A stretch of DNA of 64,000 nucleotides from an uncultured Bacillota bacterium (GCA_963823655.1 CAWGMK010000013.1:32001-96000); one strand, 5' to 3'; shown: positions 11,643-22,928, numbered from the stretch's first letter. Program-made: numbers and translations. The notes: generated by a model from the sequence alone, not told the origin.

Positions 11643-11672
11643 AAAAAAAGGGCATCCGACAAGCGGATGCCC
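11643..11672 (-). terminator. Rho-independent terminator of the peptide ABC operon
   Basis: GGGCATCCG/CGGATGCCC stem with an A7 run on the + strand (U tail on the - strand), just downstream of the oppC-like stop. Confidence 0.8.
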
Positions 11673-11696
11673 GAAGCTGGTTCGTGCCTTACCGCA

Positions 11697-12824
11697 TCAT
11701 AACTTGGACCTTGGATCGAAAGCGTCCCTTAATCCGTCTCCCAGGAGGTTGTAGCACAGCACCGCCGCGAAGATGAATACCCCGGCCAGAAGGTTCCAAG
11801 GTGACCTGGTCAGAGTCTGCAGGTTCATGGCGGAGGTGAGCATGTTGCCCCATGAGGCGTCCGGTTCCTGTATCCCTAAGCCAAGGAATGAAAGGCCGGA
11901 TTCACCCAGTATGTAACCGGGTATGGAAAGGGTCGCGCTGACTATGACGAACGACAGGGTATTGGGAAGTATGTGCTTGGTTATGATCCTCATATCGCTT
12001 GAGCCGATCGCCCTTGCGGCCTGAACGTACTCGCGCGTCTTGATGGAAAGGACCATGCCTCTGATTATCCTCGCCATTCCAGCCCAGCTGATGAAGCTCA
12101 GGATGGCGACTATCAGGAAGTAGCGCATCGTGGAGCTCAGATCCCTTGGCAATACCGCGGCGAGGGCCAACAGAAGATAGAAGCTAGGGATGGACATGAT
12201 TATCTCTGCTAGCCTCATCATAATATTGTCTATCCAGCCGCCGTAGTAGCCTGAGGTACCTCCGAACAGCATGCCTATCGTAAGTGTTATCAGTATGCCC
12301 GCCCATCCTACGAACAGGGAAGCCCTGCCGCCGTAAAGCACCCGGCTGAAGTAGTCCCTGCCGTAGTCATCCGAGCCCATGATGAAAATCAGGCCCTCTT
12401 CGCCGTCCGCGGCCCTTGCCCCGTAAAGGTGGATGTTGGATTTGATGCCCAGGAAACTCCACATATTGCGCGGGTCGTCGCTGCGGGTGAAGAAGCTGAC
12501 GTAGTACTTCTTGTCCTTCACTTCCTCATAGAGCTGGGACAGGGGGTCGTTCATGACCATCGCGTACACGAAAGGCCTGCTGAAGTTCCCGTTTTCGTCC
12601 TTCCAGTACACTTTGCTCGGAGGCTGCAGATAGTTGTTCCTCTGTGTAGCATGCATGTGATAAGGCGCGAGGAAACCTGCAAAGATTACCGCCAGATACA
12701 TGATGATTAGGATGTAGGCTGATATCATGGCAAGCTTATGCCTCTTTAGCCTCATCCAAGCAATTCTCCATGGGGATCTTACTTTCTCAGTATCGCAGGC
12801 CTGCACATCGGTCTTCTTAGCCAT
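11697..12824 (-). CDS. Oligopeptide/dipeptide ABC permease (OppC/DppC type)
   Basis: 'GSDDYGRDYFSRVLYGGRASL', EAA loop 'EYVQAARAIGSS..RII.KHILPN', 'ESGLSFLGLGI', 'GDGLRDAFDP'. Confidence 0.9.
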   Translation of the reverse strand: MAKKTDVQACDTEKVRSPWRIAWMRLKRHKLAMISAYILIIMYLAVIFAGFLAPYHMHATQRNNYLQPPSKVYWKDENGNFSRPFVYAMVMNDPLSQLYEEVKDKKYYVSFFTRSDDPRNMWSFLGIKSNIHLYGARAADGEEGLIFIMGSDDYGRDYFSRVLYGGRASLFVGWAGILITLTIGMLFGGTSGYYGGWIDNIMMRLAEIIMSIPSFYLLLALAAVLPRDLSSTMRYFLIVAILSFISWAGMARIIRGMVLSIKTREYVQAARAIGSSDMRIITKHILPNTLSFVIVSATLSIPGYILGESGLSFLGLGIQEPDASWGNMLTSAMNLQTLTRSPWNLLAGVFIFAAVLCYNLLGDGLRDAFDPRSKL

Positions 12825-12837
12825 TTGCGCTCCCCCC

Positions 12838-13809
12838 TTACTGGTACCTTATGCGCGGATCGGATACTGCCAGCAGTACATCCGCGATAAGGTTGCCTAT
12901 GATTAGGAGCGCTGCGCCCATGACCATGTTGCCCATGGCGAGGTAGATATCTTTCCTCTGCACTGCTTCCAGCATCATCTGTCCCATTCCAGGCCATGCG
13001 ATGATCGTTTCCGTCAGCGCCGCCCCAGATAACAGGCCTCCGAGCTGGAATCCGAATATCGTAATGAGGGGGTTGATAGCGTTTCTTACAGCGTGCTTCC
13101 AGATGACTTTGCCCTCCGAGAGGCCCTTGGACCTTGCCGTAGTGACGTAATCCTGCCTGAGGACTTCCAGGAGGTTTCCCCTCATCTGCCTCATAAGGCC
13201 GGCAACGCCGCCGAAACCGAGCACTATGGTCGGTATGACCAGATGCCTGGCCAGGTCAACGATCTTCTCGGGGAATGTCATCCAGTCGAAACCTATCGAA
13301 GTCATGCCTCCGATCGGCAGGTTCATAAATCGGGTCGTGGCAACGAAATATAATAGCAGTAGCGCCACGAAGAATGACGGGGCGGATATGCCCATGAACG
13401 CGAATATCGTAAGAACGCCATCTGTAAAGGAATATTTCTTGACCGCGGAGATTACGCCGATGGGGATTGCCAGCAACCAGGACACGATCATCGATGTTAT
13501 CGATAGCAGCAATGTATTGTACATCCTGGTCCGTATCAGGAATGAGACTGGGGCTCGATAAGTGAACGAATATCCGAAATTGCCCCTTAGCAGCTGGAAG
13601 AACCAGCGGAAATACTGCTCATAAAGCGGCCTGTCCAGGCCGAAAGATGCACGCATCTGCTCAATGGTCTCCGGTGAGTTGTCTGGATTCATCCTGAGCG
13701 CCGTCAGGAAATCTCCAGGTGCAAGATTCATCACAGCGAAAGCTACAAGGCTAATCCCGATGATTATCGGGATCAGGCTGAGAAGCCTCCTTAGGATATA
13801 AGCACCCAT
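12838..13809 (-). CDS. Oligopeptide/dipeptide ABC permease (OppB/DppB type)
   Basis: 'YILRRLL', 'FGLDRPLYEQY', 'QDYVTTARSKGL...KHAVRNA', 'DPRIRY'. Confidence 0.9.
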   Translation of the reverse strand: MGAYILRRLLSLIPIIIGISLVAFAVMNLAPGDFLTALRMNPDNSPETIEQMRASFGLDRPLYEQYFRWFFQLLRGNFGYSFTYRAPVSFLIRTRMYNTLLLSITSMIVSWLLAIPIGVISAVKKYSFTDGVLTIFAFMGISAPSFFVALLLLYFVATTRFMNLPIGGMTSIGFDWMTFPEKIVDLARHLVIPTIVLGFGGVAGLMRQMRGNLLEVLRQDYVTTARSKGLSEGKVIWKHAVRNAINPLITIFGFQLGGLLSGAALTETIIAWPGMGQMMLEAVQRKDIYLAMGNMVMGAALLIIGNLIADVLLAVSDPRIRYQ

Positions 13810-13844
13810 TAGTACCTCCAATAAAAAACCGCCCTGGAAGGTTA

Positions 13845-13871
13845 GCGGGCCGGCAGTTCTTGCCGGCCCGC
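13845..13871. other. Strong intercistronic hairpin after the solute-binding-protein gene (mRNA stabiliser or partial terminator)
   Basis: Perfect 11-bp stem GCGGGCCGGCA/TGCCGGCCCGC with a 5-nt loop. Confidence 0.65.
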
Positions 13872-13901
13872 GTCACGCCATTCCGGCAGTCTATTAGCCG
13901 T

Positions 13902-15626
13902 TTACGGCTTTATGTAATAGATCTCTTCGAGGTTATGGATCGTTCCGCCGTACGCGGTCGGCTTTACGTTGGCCAGAGTGTTCCTCATGGCTGCGATCGA
14001 CTGAGGGGCCGCGAAGTAGATTAGCGGTACCTGATCGGATACGATCAGCTGCCACTTCTCATAGATGGCCGCGCGCTTGGCGGGGTCAACTACTTTGACG
14101 CCATCGTCAAATATCTTGTCGATCTCAGCTTCCCATGCGGTTGCGGGGGAATCCTGGACGGGGTTCCACATATGCAGTCCGCCGGAGCTGTGCCATACGT
14201 TCCTGCCGTTGTTGGGCTCGACGGAACCGGTAAGGCCGATGATGATGGTATCGAACTCGAAGGTGTCCATAAGCTTCTCGACCAATGTGTTGAAGGTATA
14301 TGTCGTGACCTTGGCGTCGATGCCGGCCTTCTTCAGGTCCTCAACCAGGATGTTGGCTATCTTCATACGGTTGCTGTTCTCGCTGTGGGTGGTCACTTCG
14401 AACTTGACCTGGCGTCCGGTCTTGTCGACCAGCTTGCCGTCCACATACTTGAATCCGCCCTGTGCGAACATGGCCTTCGCCTTGTCGAGGGAGTAGGCGT
14501 ACTGGGTTACGTTCTTGCTCAAGAACTCCTTGTTGGGGGCCGAAACGGCGCTCCACTGGGGTTCAGCGAGTCCTGCATAGACCTGGTTGATGATTGTGGT
14601 CTTGTCTACCAGGTGGGCGACGCCCTTCCTGAAGTACTGGTTGTTGAACCACTCGAACTTCCAGGGCTCCTTGTCCTTTGCGAAGTTCGGGTTCCTGGGG
14701 TTCATATTGAATACGACGAACTCTGTCGAGAATGTCGCGCCGAGGTTGTAAAGGGTGAAGTTCTCCTTCTTCTGGAGATCTTTGAATGTGGCATAGTCGG
14801 TGTTCTTGATGCCGAGTATGTCGGTTTCCGCTGCGCGGAACTTCAGGGTCTGGGTCTCGAGGTTCGGTACGAGCATACGGACGTACCTGGTGATGTACGG
14901 CAGGACCTGGCCCTTGCTGTTCTTCACCCAGTAATTGGCATTGCGCAGATATACTACATATTCATTGGGCTTGTACTGCGCCATTGTGTACATGCCGGTT
15001 CCGACGATGTCCTTGACGGGGGTATTGATGCCCCAGGTCTCGTTGAACTTGCCGGCCTTCCAGGGGGCTTCGAGCTTATGCTTCGGGAGGATCTCAATCA
15101 TGATCTGGCGAAGCAGCGGCGCGAAGGTCGAGGGGAGGGTGAACTCTACGGTATAGGTGTCGATCTTCTTGTACTTGAGGTACTGGCCGTCGATGGTCAG
15201 TACGTCGCGGGAAGAGGTCTGAATGTTCTCGTCGTAAATTACGTCGAAGGAGAAGACCACGTCATCAGCGGTCATTTCCTTGCCGTCGGAGAACTTGACG
15301 CCTTGCCTGAGGAAGAACGTCCATACGAGGCCATCCTCGCTGAACTTCCAGCTCTTGGCCAGGCTGGGGATGACGGCCGTAGTAACGCCGTCGGTTGAGG
15401 TCAGGCCCTCGAATATGGGCGCAAGAATATCGGTTGAAGAGGTCTCAGCTGCAGTCACCGGGTTGAAAGTCTTCGGGTCGGTGATCTGTGCTACAACCAA
15501 CTGGCCGCCGAAGGTGCCTACCGGCATCTCGCTGACCTTGTACTCCGTCGCTGCGGCCATGACCGGCAGCATCATGGAGCCGATGAATAACATCGCCAGG
15601 AAAAGGGACACGGCTCTTTTGAACAT
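13902..15626 (-). CDS. Peptide ABC transporter substrate-binding protein (family 5)
   Basis: Signal peptide without Cys; 'DPKTFNP', 'PSLAKSW..SEDGLVWTF.LR.GVKFSDG..MTADDV.FSF'. Confidence 0.9.
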   Translation of the reverse strand: MFKRAVSLFLAMLFIGSMMLPVMAAATEYKVSEMPVGTFGGQLVVAQITDPKTFNPVTAAETSSTDILAPIFEGLTSTDGVTTAVIPSLAKSWKFSEDGLVWTFFLRQGVKFSDGKEMTADDVVFSFDVIYDENIQTSSRDVLTIDGQYLKYKKIDTYTVEFTLPSTFAPLLRQIMIEILPKHKLEAPWKAGKFNETWGINTPVKDIVGTGMYTMAQYKPNEYVVYLRNANYWVKNSKGQVLPYITRYVRMLVPNLETQTLKFRAAETDILGIKNTDYATFKDLQKKENFTLYNLGATFSTEFVVFNMNPRNPNFAKDKEPWKFEWFNNQYFRKGVAHLVDKTTIINQVYAGLAEPQWSAVSAPNKEFLSKNVTQYAYSLDKAKAMFAQGGFKYVDGKLVDKTGRQVKFEVTTHSENSNRMKIANILVEDLKKAGIDAKVTTYTFNTLVEKLMDTFEFDTIIIGLTGSVEPNNGRNVWHSSGGLHMWNPVQDSPATAWEAEIDKIFDDGVKVVDPAKRAAIYEKWQLIVSDQVPLIYFAAPQSIAAMRNTLANVKPTAYGGTIHNLEEIYYIKP

Positions 15627-15879
15627 CCTTGGAACGCCTCCTTTGTCTTATTAGCTTGCACTTTTCTATTTGGTCTACGTTTAAGTAGCCACACGCGGGT
15701 CAAGATAGATATGACAATTCTTCACGGATACCGTGGAATCCTGCTAATGGGTTATTTTTGCTAATGTTATACTTATCGGGCCGCATAGTCAATATCCGCG
15801 TCGCCCACATACATATAGTATAATTTTACCTAGTGATTATGCAATGAGGCATAATTTGCATCTTTGTACGGGGGTCGAA

Positions 15880-16497
15880 ATGCAGGAACATTATTTTTCG
15901 AAGAAGCCGACGGCGCAGTCGGCGCCTAAGGACATCGCCTATTCATATCTGGGGAAGGCCTTCTCTTTCCGCACCGACGCAGGAGTGTTCTCCAAGACCA
16001 AGGTGGACAGGGGTTCGGACTTGCTCCTTGAGGCGCTCGAGCGCGTTTCTTCCGCCTCATTCCTGGATATGGGATGCGGTTACGGACCTGTGGGGATTTG
16101 TTATGGCGCGGCACATCCTAAATCAAGGATATTCATGGCCGACATTAATGAGAGGGCTTGTGCGCTTGCAACATCGAACGCCTCGGCCAACGGCGTGAAG
16201 GCGGATGTCAGGCAATCGGACGGTTTCGCCTCCCTTGCAGGAATGGAGTTCGACTGCATAGCCATGAATCCTCCGATAAGGGCGGGCAAGGAAATCCTCA
16301 GAAGGCTGATGGCAGAGGCCAAAGCAGCCCTTGTCGACGGCGGGAGGCTCTTCATTGTGATCAGGACCAGGCAGGGGGCGGGCAGTATGAGAGAATTCCT
16401 CACAGAGCTGTTCGGCAACTGTGAAGAACCAGAAAGAGGCTCCGGCTTCAGGGTCCTTGAGTGCACTAAGGGTGCTGCAGAAACGGAGCAAGACTAG
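15880..16497 (+). CDS. Class I SAM-dependent methyltransferase, RsmC/YbxB-like
   Basis: 'HYFS..P', 'F.TDAGVFSK.KVD.GS', 'LDMGCGYGPVG', 'NPPIRAGK'. Confidence 0.85.
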   Translation: MQEHYFSKKPTAQSAPKDIAYSYLGKAFSFRTDAGVFSKTKVDRGSDLLLEALERVSSASFLDMGCGYGPVGICYGAAHPKSRIFMADINERACALATSNASANGVKADVRQSDGFASLAGMEFDCIAMNPPIRAGKEILRRLMAEAKAALVDGGRLFIVIRTRQGAGSMREFLTELFGNCEEPERGSGFRVLECTKGAAETEQD

Positions 16498-16546
16498 CTT
16501 ATTGAGTGCATGCCAGCTTAGATTTGATTTGTGAAGCCGATTACTG

Positions 16547-17980
16547 ATGGCAGGTGGTAGCGAAGTGGCTGAGTATCTGGCAAATGTGGCCCCAAAGACG
16601 AACATTACGCTTCTATCGTTCGGCTACAAATACGGTGTGCCGAACGACGCGGAATTCCTGTATGACGTGCGGTTCCTGAGGAACCCGTATTATATTCCGC
16701 ACCTGAAGAGCCTGAACGGCAACTTCAGCGCGGTATCCGATTATGTGATGGAAGATCCGCTTACCGAGCAGATCATTAACCAGATAACCCAGGTTGTCTC
16801 ACTGACTGACGAAAGGTACAGGCAGAGGGGCAGGGGCTGGCTGGTGATAGGAATCGGCTGTACCGGAGGAAGGCACAGGTCGGTAGCGGTCGTAAACGAG
16901 CTGAGAAGAAGGCTCGAGCAGGACGGCTACCCGGTGAACGTCCTTCACAGGGACATAGACAAGGAAATCGACGCCTACTTCGGGCAGGATCCTGCATGGA
17001 CAGGGTTCAAACGCAGCCATGAGGAGGAGAGCAAAGGAAGCGGATTGAGGATAGCGGCAATAGGAGGGGGCACGGGGATGCCGGCCGTACTTAGGGGGCT
17101 TAAGCACTTCACCTCCAACATAACCGCGATAGTGACTGTGACCGACGACGGAGGAAGCTCTGGCAGGCTGGTCAAGGAGATGGATATGCCACCTCCGGGG
17201 GATATTAGGAACTGCATACTCGCTATGTCAAACACCGAACCACTTATGGAGAAGCTGTTCCAGTACAGGTTTGCGGCGAACGGGGACATCACAGGGCATG
17301 CATTTGGTAACCTTTTCCTTGCCGCGATGACCGATATTACCGGTGATTTCCAGGAAGCCATCAGGGAATGCTCCACGGTGCTTTCTGTAAGAGGCGAGGT
17401 TGTGCCGGCAACTATGAGCATGTGCCGTTTAAGAGCTGAGATGCAAGACGGCTCCGAAGTATACGGAGAGACCGAAATCAACCGGTACGGCGTCGGAATC
17501 AAGCACCTGAACATGGAGCCTGAGGGGATAAGGGCCCTGCCCACTGCCATAGATGCCATCCTGGATGCTGACCTTGTGGTCATAGGCCCGGGAAGCCTTT
17601 ACACTTCGATAATCACGAATCTTCTCATACCGGGCATCGCCGATGCGCTTCGATCCACCAGGGCAAGGAAGGTATATGTGTGCAATACCATGACCGAGGC
17701 CGGCGAGACCAATCAATACACAGCATGCGACCATCTCAAAGCCATGTTCGACCATGCGGGGCAGGGGATCTGCGATACGATAATCGTAAACAGTTCGCTA
17801 ATGCCTGACGTGCTGCTGGATGCTTACCGCAAAGAGGGCGCGGCCCAGGTGAGCTACGATCCTGTGGCTCTTCGTGCTTTGGGCATGCATGTGCTTGAAG
17901 CGGATGTAGCCTCTGCTGGCGAGCATTACAAGCACGACTCCGGCAAGCTGGCTAAAGCCATAATCAGCCTCATTGCCTAG
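16547..17980 (+). CDS. Fusion of RapZ/YvcJ C-terminal domain and YvcK/GlmR (CofD-like gluconeogenesis factor)
   Basis: Residues ~20-140: 'SFGYKYGVP..A...DVRFL.NPYY', 'IGIGCTGGRHRSVAV', 'HRDI'. From ~165: 'IGGGTG', 'VTDDGGSSG', 'PPGDIRNC', 'GHAFGNLF', 'GPGSLYTSI'. One uninterrupted ORF. Confidence 0.85.
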   Translation: MAGGSEVAEYLANVAPKTNITLLSFGYKYGVPNDAEFLYDVRFLRNPYYIPHLKSLNGNFSAVSDYVMEDPLTEQIINQITQVVSLTDERYRQRGRGWLVIGIGCTGGRHRSVAVVNELRRRLEQDGYPVNVLHRDIDKEIDAYFGQDPAWTGFKRSHEEESKGSGLRIAAIGGGTGMPAVLRGLKHFTSNITAIVTVTDDGGSSGRLVKEMDMPPPGDIRNCILAMSNTEPLMEKLFQYRFAANGDITGHAFGNLFLAAMTDITGDFQEAIRECSTVLSVRGEVVPATMSMCRLRAEMQDGSEVYGETEINRYGVGIKHLNMEPEGIRALPTAIDAILDADLVVIGPGSLYTSIITNLLIPGIADALRSTRARKVYVCNTMTEAGETNQYTACDHLKAMFDHAGQGICDTIIVNSSLMPDVLLDAYRKEGAAQVSYDPVALRALGMHVLEADVASAGEHYKHDSGKLAKAIISLIA

Positions 17981-17995
17981 GCGAGGGGATCGAAT

Positions 17996-19060
17996 ATGCA
18001 GCTGTACGAGAAGATGAAAGACGAGCTGGTCAGAATCTCCGGGGAGGATGCCTGCTGCAGATCCGCGGAGCTTTCGGCAATAGCGAAGGTGAACGGCACC
18101 GTTTATCTTTCTTTCGGCAATAAGATGAGGCTGATGCTCAAAGATGCAAGCGCCGCTGTCGCAAGAAGGACCGTGGCATTGCTTGCGGAGGCAGGTTGCA
18201 GGGATGTAGAGATCGTAGTGAGGATGAGGGAGAGGATACACAAGTCCAACTCCTACATTATTAGAATAAACTCCGACGCTACGGTAAAGAAATTGTTGAC
18301 CGAACTTGGCATATATGACGGAAACGGGCTGCTCGATGAGATCCCGAAAAGCATTTTCAAGAAGAGATGCTGCATGAGGGCCTACCTTAGGGGTGTTTTC
18401 CTGGGGGCGGGGTATCTGGGCAAACCGGCTTACGGCCACCACCTTGAGATAGCGGTCGAAAACGGCAGGTTCGCCGAGTCGTTGATTTCATTGATGCAAA
18501 AGTTCGATATGAAGCCAAAAGTCATAGAACGGCGGACCTATCACGTAGTATATCTGAAGGATGGGGACGACATAGTGCAGTTTCTAAACGTCGTCGGAGC
18601 CCATTCCTCCCTGTTAGATTTCGAAAACGCGAGGGTGATGAAGTCCATAAGAAACGATGTAAACAGAATCGTTAATGCTGAGGAGGCCAACATGGGTAAG
18701 ACCATAGAGGCATCCGTAAGCCAGATAGAGGACATCGAACTGATAAAGCAGGCCCTCGGTTTCGGCAGGCTTACACCGCCTCTTGCCGAGGCAGCGCGCA
18801 TAAGGCTCGAGAACCCGGACTCCACCCTTGCCGAGCTTGGCGCGATGCTCAAGAAGCCCATAGGCAAAAGCGGCATGAACCACAGGCTCAGAAGGCTTGC
18901 TAAGCTGGCCTCCGAGCTTCGGGCAGGGATTGAGAACGTTAAAGTTGATTGCTTACGACCCGGGGGGAAAGCCTTGCGAAGATGCGCTTCTGTTCTATGT
19001 TACAGCTATGTGTTCGAATCGTCGTGTTCTCTGCCTGTTCAGGACGAACTTTCAGGTTAA
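17996..19060 (+). CDS. whiA: DNA-binding protein WhiA; real C-terminus probably near 18935
   Basis: 'AYLRGVFL..G...P..GHHLEI', 'YLKDGDDI..FL..VGA', 'RNDVNRIVN.E.ANM.KT', 'KSGMNHRLRRL'. The last ~40 aa look spurious; one extra G in GCAGGGATTGA would give ELRAGD-stop. Confidence 0.92.
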   Translation: MQLYEKMKDELVRISGEDACCRSAELSAIAKVNGTVYLSFGNKMRLMLKDASAAVARRTVALLAEAGCRDVEIVVRMRERIHKSNSYIIRINSDATVKKLLTELGIYDGNGLLDEIPKSIFKKRCCMRAYLRGVFLGAGYLGKPAYGHHLEIAVENGRFAESLISLMQKFDMKPKVIERRTYHVVYLKDGDDIVQFLNVVGAHSSLLDFENARVMKSIRNDVNRIVNAEEANMGKTIEASVSQIEDIELIKQALGFGRLTPPLAEAARIRLENPDSTLAELGAMLKKPIGKSGMNHRLRRLAKLASELRAGIENVKVDCLRPGGKALRRCASVLCYSYVFESSCSLPVQDELSG

Positions 19061-19133
19061 TTGAGCGCCAACAGACTGATGATTGGCAATCTAACAGCTC
19101 CTCAAGATGAGCAAGATATAACAAATCGGGCTT

Positions 19134-20260
19134 TCACCTTAATGATGCAAAGAAGATGCTCAAAGCAAGCTCATTGAGGGTTCTCATGTCATTTTGGTTC
19201 TTTATGCTTAGTATCTCATTCTGAATTGCAAGGAATGCTTCCACAACATCGGGATCAAAACGGTTTCCTTTTCCATCTTTTGATTATGTTAAGTGATGCT
19301 TCTATGGATAAAGCTTCTTTGTAAGGCCGTTTGTATGTAAGCGCGTCGAATGCATCGGCAACTGCGGTGATTCGACCGGCGATAGGTATCTCATTACCTT
19401 TTAGGCCATAGGGATAGCCATTTCCATCCCATCTCTCATGATGGGATATTGCAATGGCTTCTCCCATTCTAATGCTTTCTGCGTCCGAACCACTCAGGAT
19501 CTCTGCGCCAATGTTCGTATGCCTTTTCATAATCGCCGATTTATCTGAGATCGAGAGTTGTAGGCTTCAGCAAAATGGCATCAGGAATTCCGATCTTACC
19601 TAGATCATGCATGGGGGATGCGGTAAGAATAAGGGCCACGGTCCTTTTATCAAATCCCATCTGACGGGCAATGGCCGCGCAATAGAGGCTTATGCTCCTA
19701 ATATGTTCACCAGTACCTTTATCTTTATATTCAGAAGCCGATGACAGACGGAAGATCGTGTCAAGTGAAGCTGCCTCCAGGTCCTTATGCGCTTGAACAA
19801 TCTCGGCCGTCTTTGATGCTACCTCAGCCTCCAATTCTTTTCTATAGTCATTCATCAATTTATTGTATAGCCCTGATTTTCAGTAGGGATCGAACTCGGG
19901 CTATCGAACTCCGATCTATCAACCGGTTTCGAGATAAAGTCGTCGCAGCCTGCATCAATACCTTTAACTCTGGCTTCTGTCTCCTGCAAAGCTGTAATAA
20001 GGATAATAGGAACCATGACGCCGTAGAGATATCTCTTTCTGATTTTACGTGTAATTTCAAAACCGTCAAGCCCGGGCATTAAAACATCCAGCAGATACTA
20101 GATCTACCATATTGCTCGACCAGATAATTCTTAAGTGCTTCTTCACCATTACTCGCTGTGATGATTTAATGCGTAACTCTCCGAGTTGAAGATACGTTTT
20201 CATCAGTTCAACACTCTGGAGATCATCGTCAACTATTAGAATTATAGGTTTGTTTTTCAT
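19134..20260 (-). pseudogene. Response regulator receiver + HD-GYP phosphodiesterase (RpfG-like), broken by several frameshifts
   Basis: Fragments: 'ILIVDDD', 'MPGLDGFE', 'AGCDDFISKP', 'ASEYKD..TGEHI', '[19 protein letters not shown]', '[33 protein letters not shown]', 'DPDVVEAF'. AT-richer than the flanks. Confidence 0.8.
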
Positions 20261-20616
20261 TTAATTTCTCCTTGAATCCAGGTTTCTTGGTTTCTATATG
20301 AGACATGAAATATTATTAATTACATAAAATATTATATATGGATATTTATTAATTAATGACTACTTTATATACGAATAATATTATCGAACTATGTGAAATC
20401 GCGATTTCTACAAAGACATATTCTGGAATTGCGACCTCTCCTCTAAGGCACCGTTAGCAAATTCTAATTGTTAAGTCTGCCTGCCAATTGTCGGCGCACC
20501 TTTGACACTATTGTTTTCAAACTTGCACTTAAACATATATAATCTTCTTGTGACATTTGGGACCATGCAAGAAATGATGACTGGCATAGTCCTCAAAATA
20601 CCTGTATAGGCGATGG

Positions 20617-20645
20617 TTGACACAGGTATTTGAAGTCAATATATT
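20617..20645 (+). promoter_or_regulatory. Sigma-70/SigA promoter of the gap operon
   Basis: TTGACA (20617-20622), 17-nt spacer, TATATT (20640-20645). Confidence 0.65.
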
Positions 20646-20690
20646 TAACTACATTGAGCGAAATTAAATGCGGAGGTGAAACGCCTTTAA

Positions 20691-21711
<1,021 letters not shown>

Positions 21712-21728
21712 AAGACAGGGGTGTTCCT

Positions 21729-22913
21729 ATGTCTAAGAAGACCATAAGAGATATCGAGCTCAAAGCCAAAAAGGTCCTGGTAAGGGCGGATTTCAATGTA
21801 CCCCAGGATTCCACGGGCGCGATAACCGACGATAGAAGGATCAGGGAGGCACTCCCTACAATTAAATACCTTATGGCCCGGGGGGCCGTAACCATACTGG
21901 CGTCGCACCTGGGCAGGCCAAACGGGGAGGTCAATCCGAAGTATTCCCTGAAGCCGGTGGCTGTGAGGCTGTCCGAGCTTCTGGGTTTCGAGGTTAAATT
22001 GCTTCCTGACTGCGTTGGAGCAGCTGTTAGCCAGGGCGTGGCGCAGACCGGGCCCGGCGGAGTTGTCCTGCTTGAGAATGTAAGGTTCCATAAGGAAGAG
22101 GAGGCCAATGACGAGGCTTTTGCAAAAGAGCTTGCCTCGCTGGCAGATGCCTTCGTAATGGACGCATTCGGGACGGCGCACAGGGCGCATGCCTCAACTG
22201 AGGGCGTCTCCAAGTTCATTCCTGCCGTGGCGGGGCTTCTTGTGGAGAAGGAACTCAGGATAATGGGGGGCGCGCTCAACAAGCCGGCAAGGCCGTTCGT
22301 AGCGCTTCTCGGTGGCGCAAAGGTAAAAGACAAGCTTGCGGTAATCGAGAACCTTCTTGGCAAGGTCGATACCCTGATTATCGGAGGCGGGATGTGCTAC
22401 ACATTCCTCAAGGCGGAGGGTTATCCGATAGGAAAGTCCCTGCTTGATGCCGAGAGGATCGATTACTGCCGCAGGCTGATCGAAATGGCTAAGTCAAAGG
22501 GCGTAAAGCTCTTGCTTCCTGTCGACCATGTTGCCGCTGCCGACATCAGCGGAGAGGGCGCAAGCAGGGTAGTCGATGCAGAAGGCATACCCGAAGGGAT
22601 GATGGGCGTAGACATCGGGCCCAAGACCGGAAGGTTGTTCTCCGATGCCATAAAAGGCGCCGCTACGGTTGTATGGAACGGCCCCATGGGAGTGTTTGAG
22701 GTTCCGGCTTACAGCAAGGGGACGTTCGCGGTCGCCGAAGCTATGGCAGAATCCGAAGCGGTTACTATAGTCGGCGGGGGAGACTCCGCTGCCGCAGTGG
22801 AGAAGCTGGGCTTCGCCGATAAGGTTACGCATGTATCTACTGGAGGCGGAGCTTCGCTTGAGTTCCTTGAGGGCAAGACTTTGCCGGGCATAGCTGCCCT
22901 TCTTGATAACTGA
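21729..22913 (+). CDS. pgk: Phosphoglycerate kinase
   Basis: 'RADFNVP', 'SHLGRP', 'LLENVRF', '[12 protein letters not shown]', 'WNGPMGVFE', '[13 protein letters not shown]'. Confidence 0.97.
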   Translation: MSKKTIRDIELKAKKVLVRADFNVPQDSTGAITDDRRIREALPTIKYLMARGAVTILASHLGRPNGEVNPKYSLKPVAVRLSELLGFEVKLLPDCVGAAVSQGVAQTGPGGVVLLENVRFHKEEEANDEAFAKELASLADAFVMDAFGTAHRAHASTEGVSKFIPAVAGLLVEKELRIMGGALNKPARPFVALLGGAKVKDKLAVIENLLGKVDTLIIGGGMCYTFLKAEGYPIGKSLLDAERIDYCRRLIEMAKSKGVKLLLPVDHVAAADISGEGASRVVDAEGIPEGMMGVDIGPKTGRLFSDAIKGAATVVWNGPMGVFEVPAYSKGTFAVAEAMAESEAVTIVGGGDSAAAVEKLGFADKVTHVSTGGGASLEFLEGKTLPGIAALLDN

Positions 22914-22928
22914 TTGGAGGCTTTTGAT

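Noticed and set aside
14172-15398. 408-aa + strand ORF (and similarly 40558-41355)
   Set aside because: Antisense shadows of strongly codon-biased SBP genes; no motifs or RBS.
18936-19060. C-terminal extension of WhiA as a new domain
   Set aside because: One extra G in a G run restores a stop at the usual end; the extension reads like non-coding sequence.
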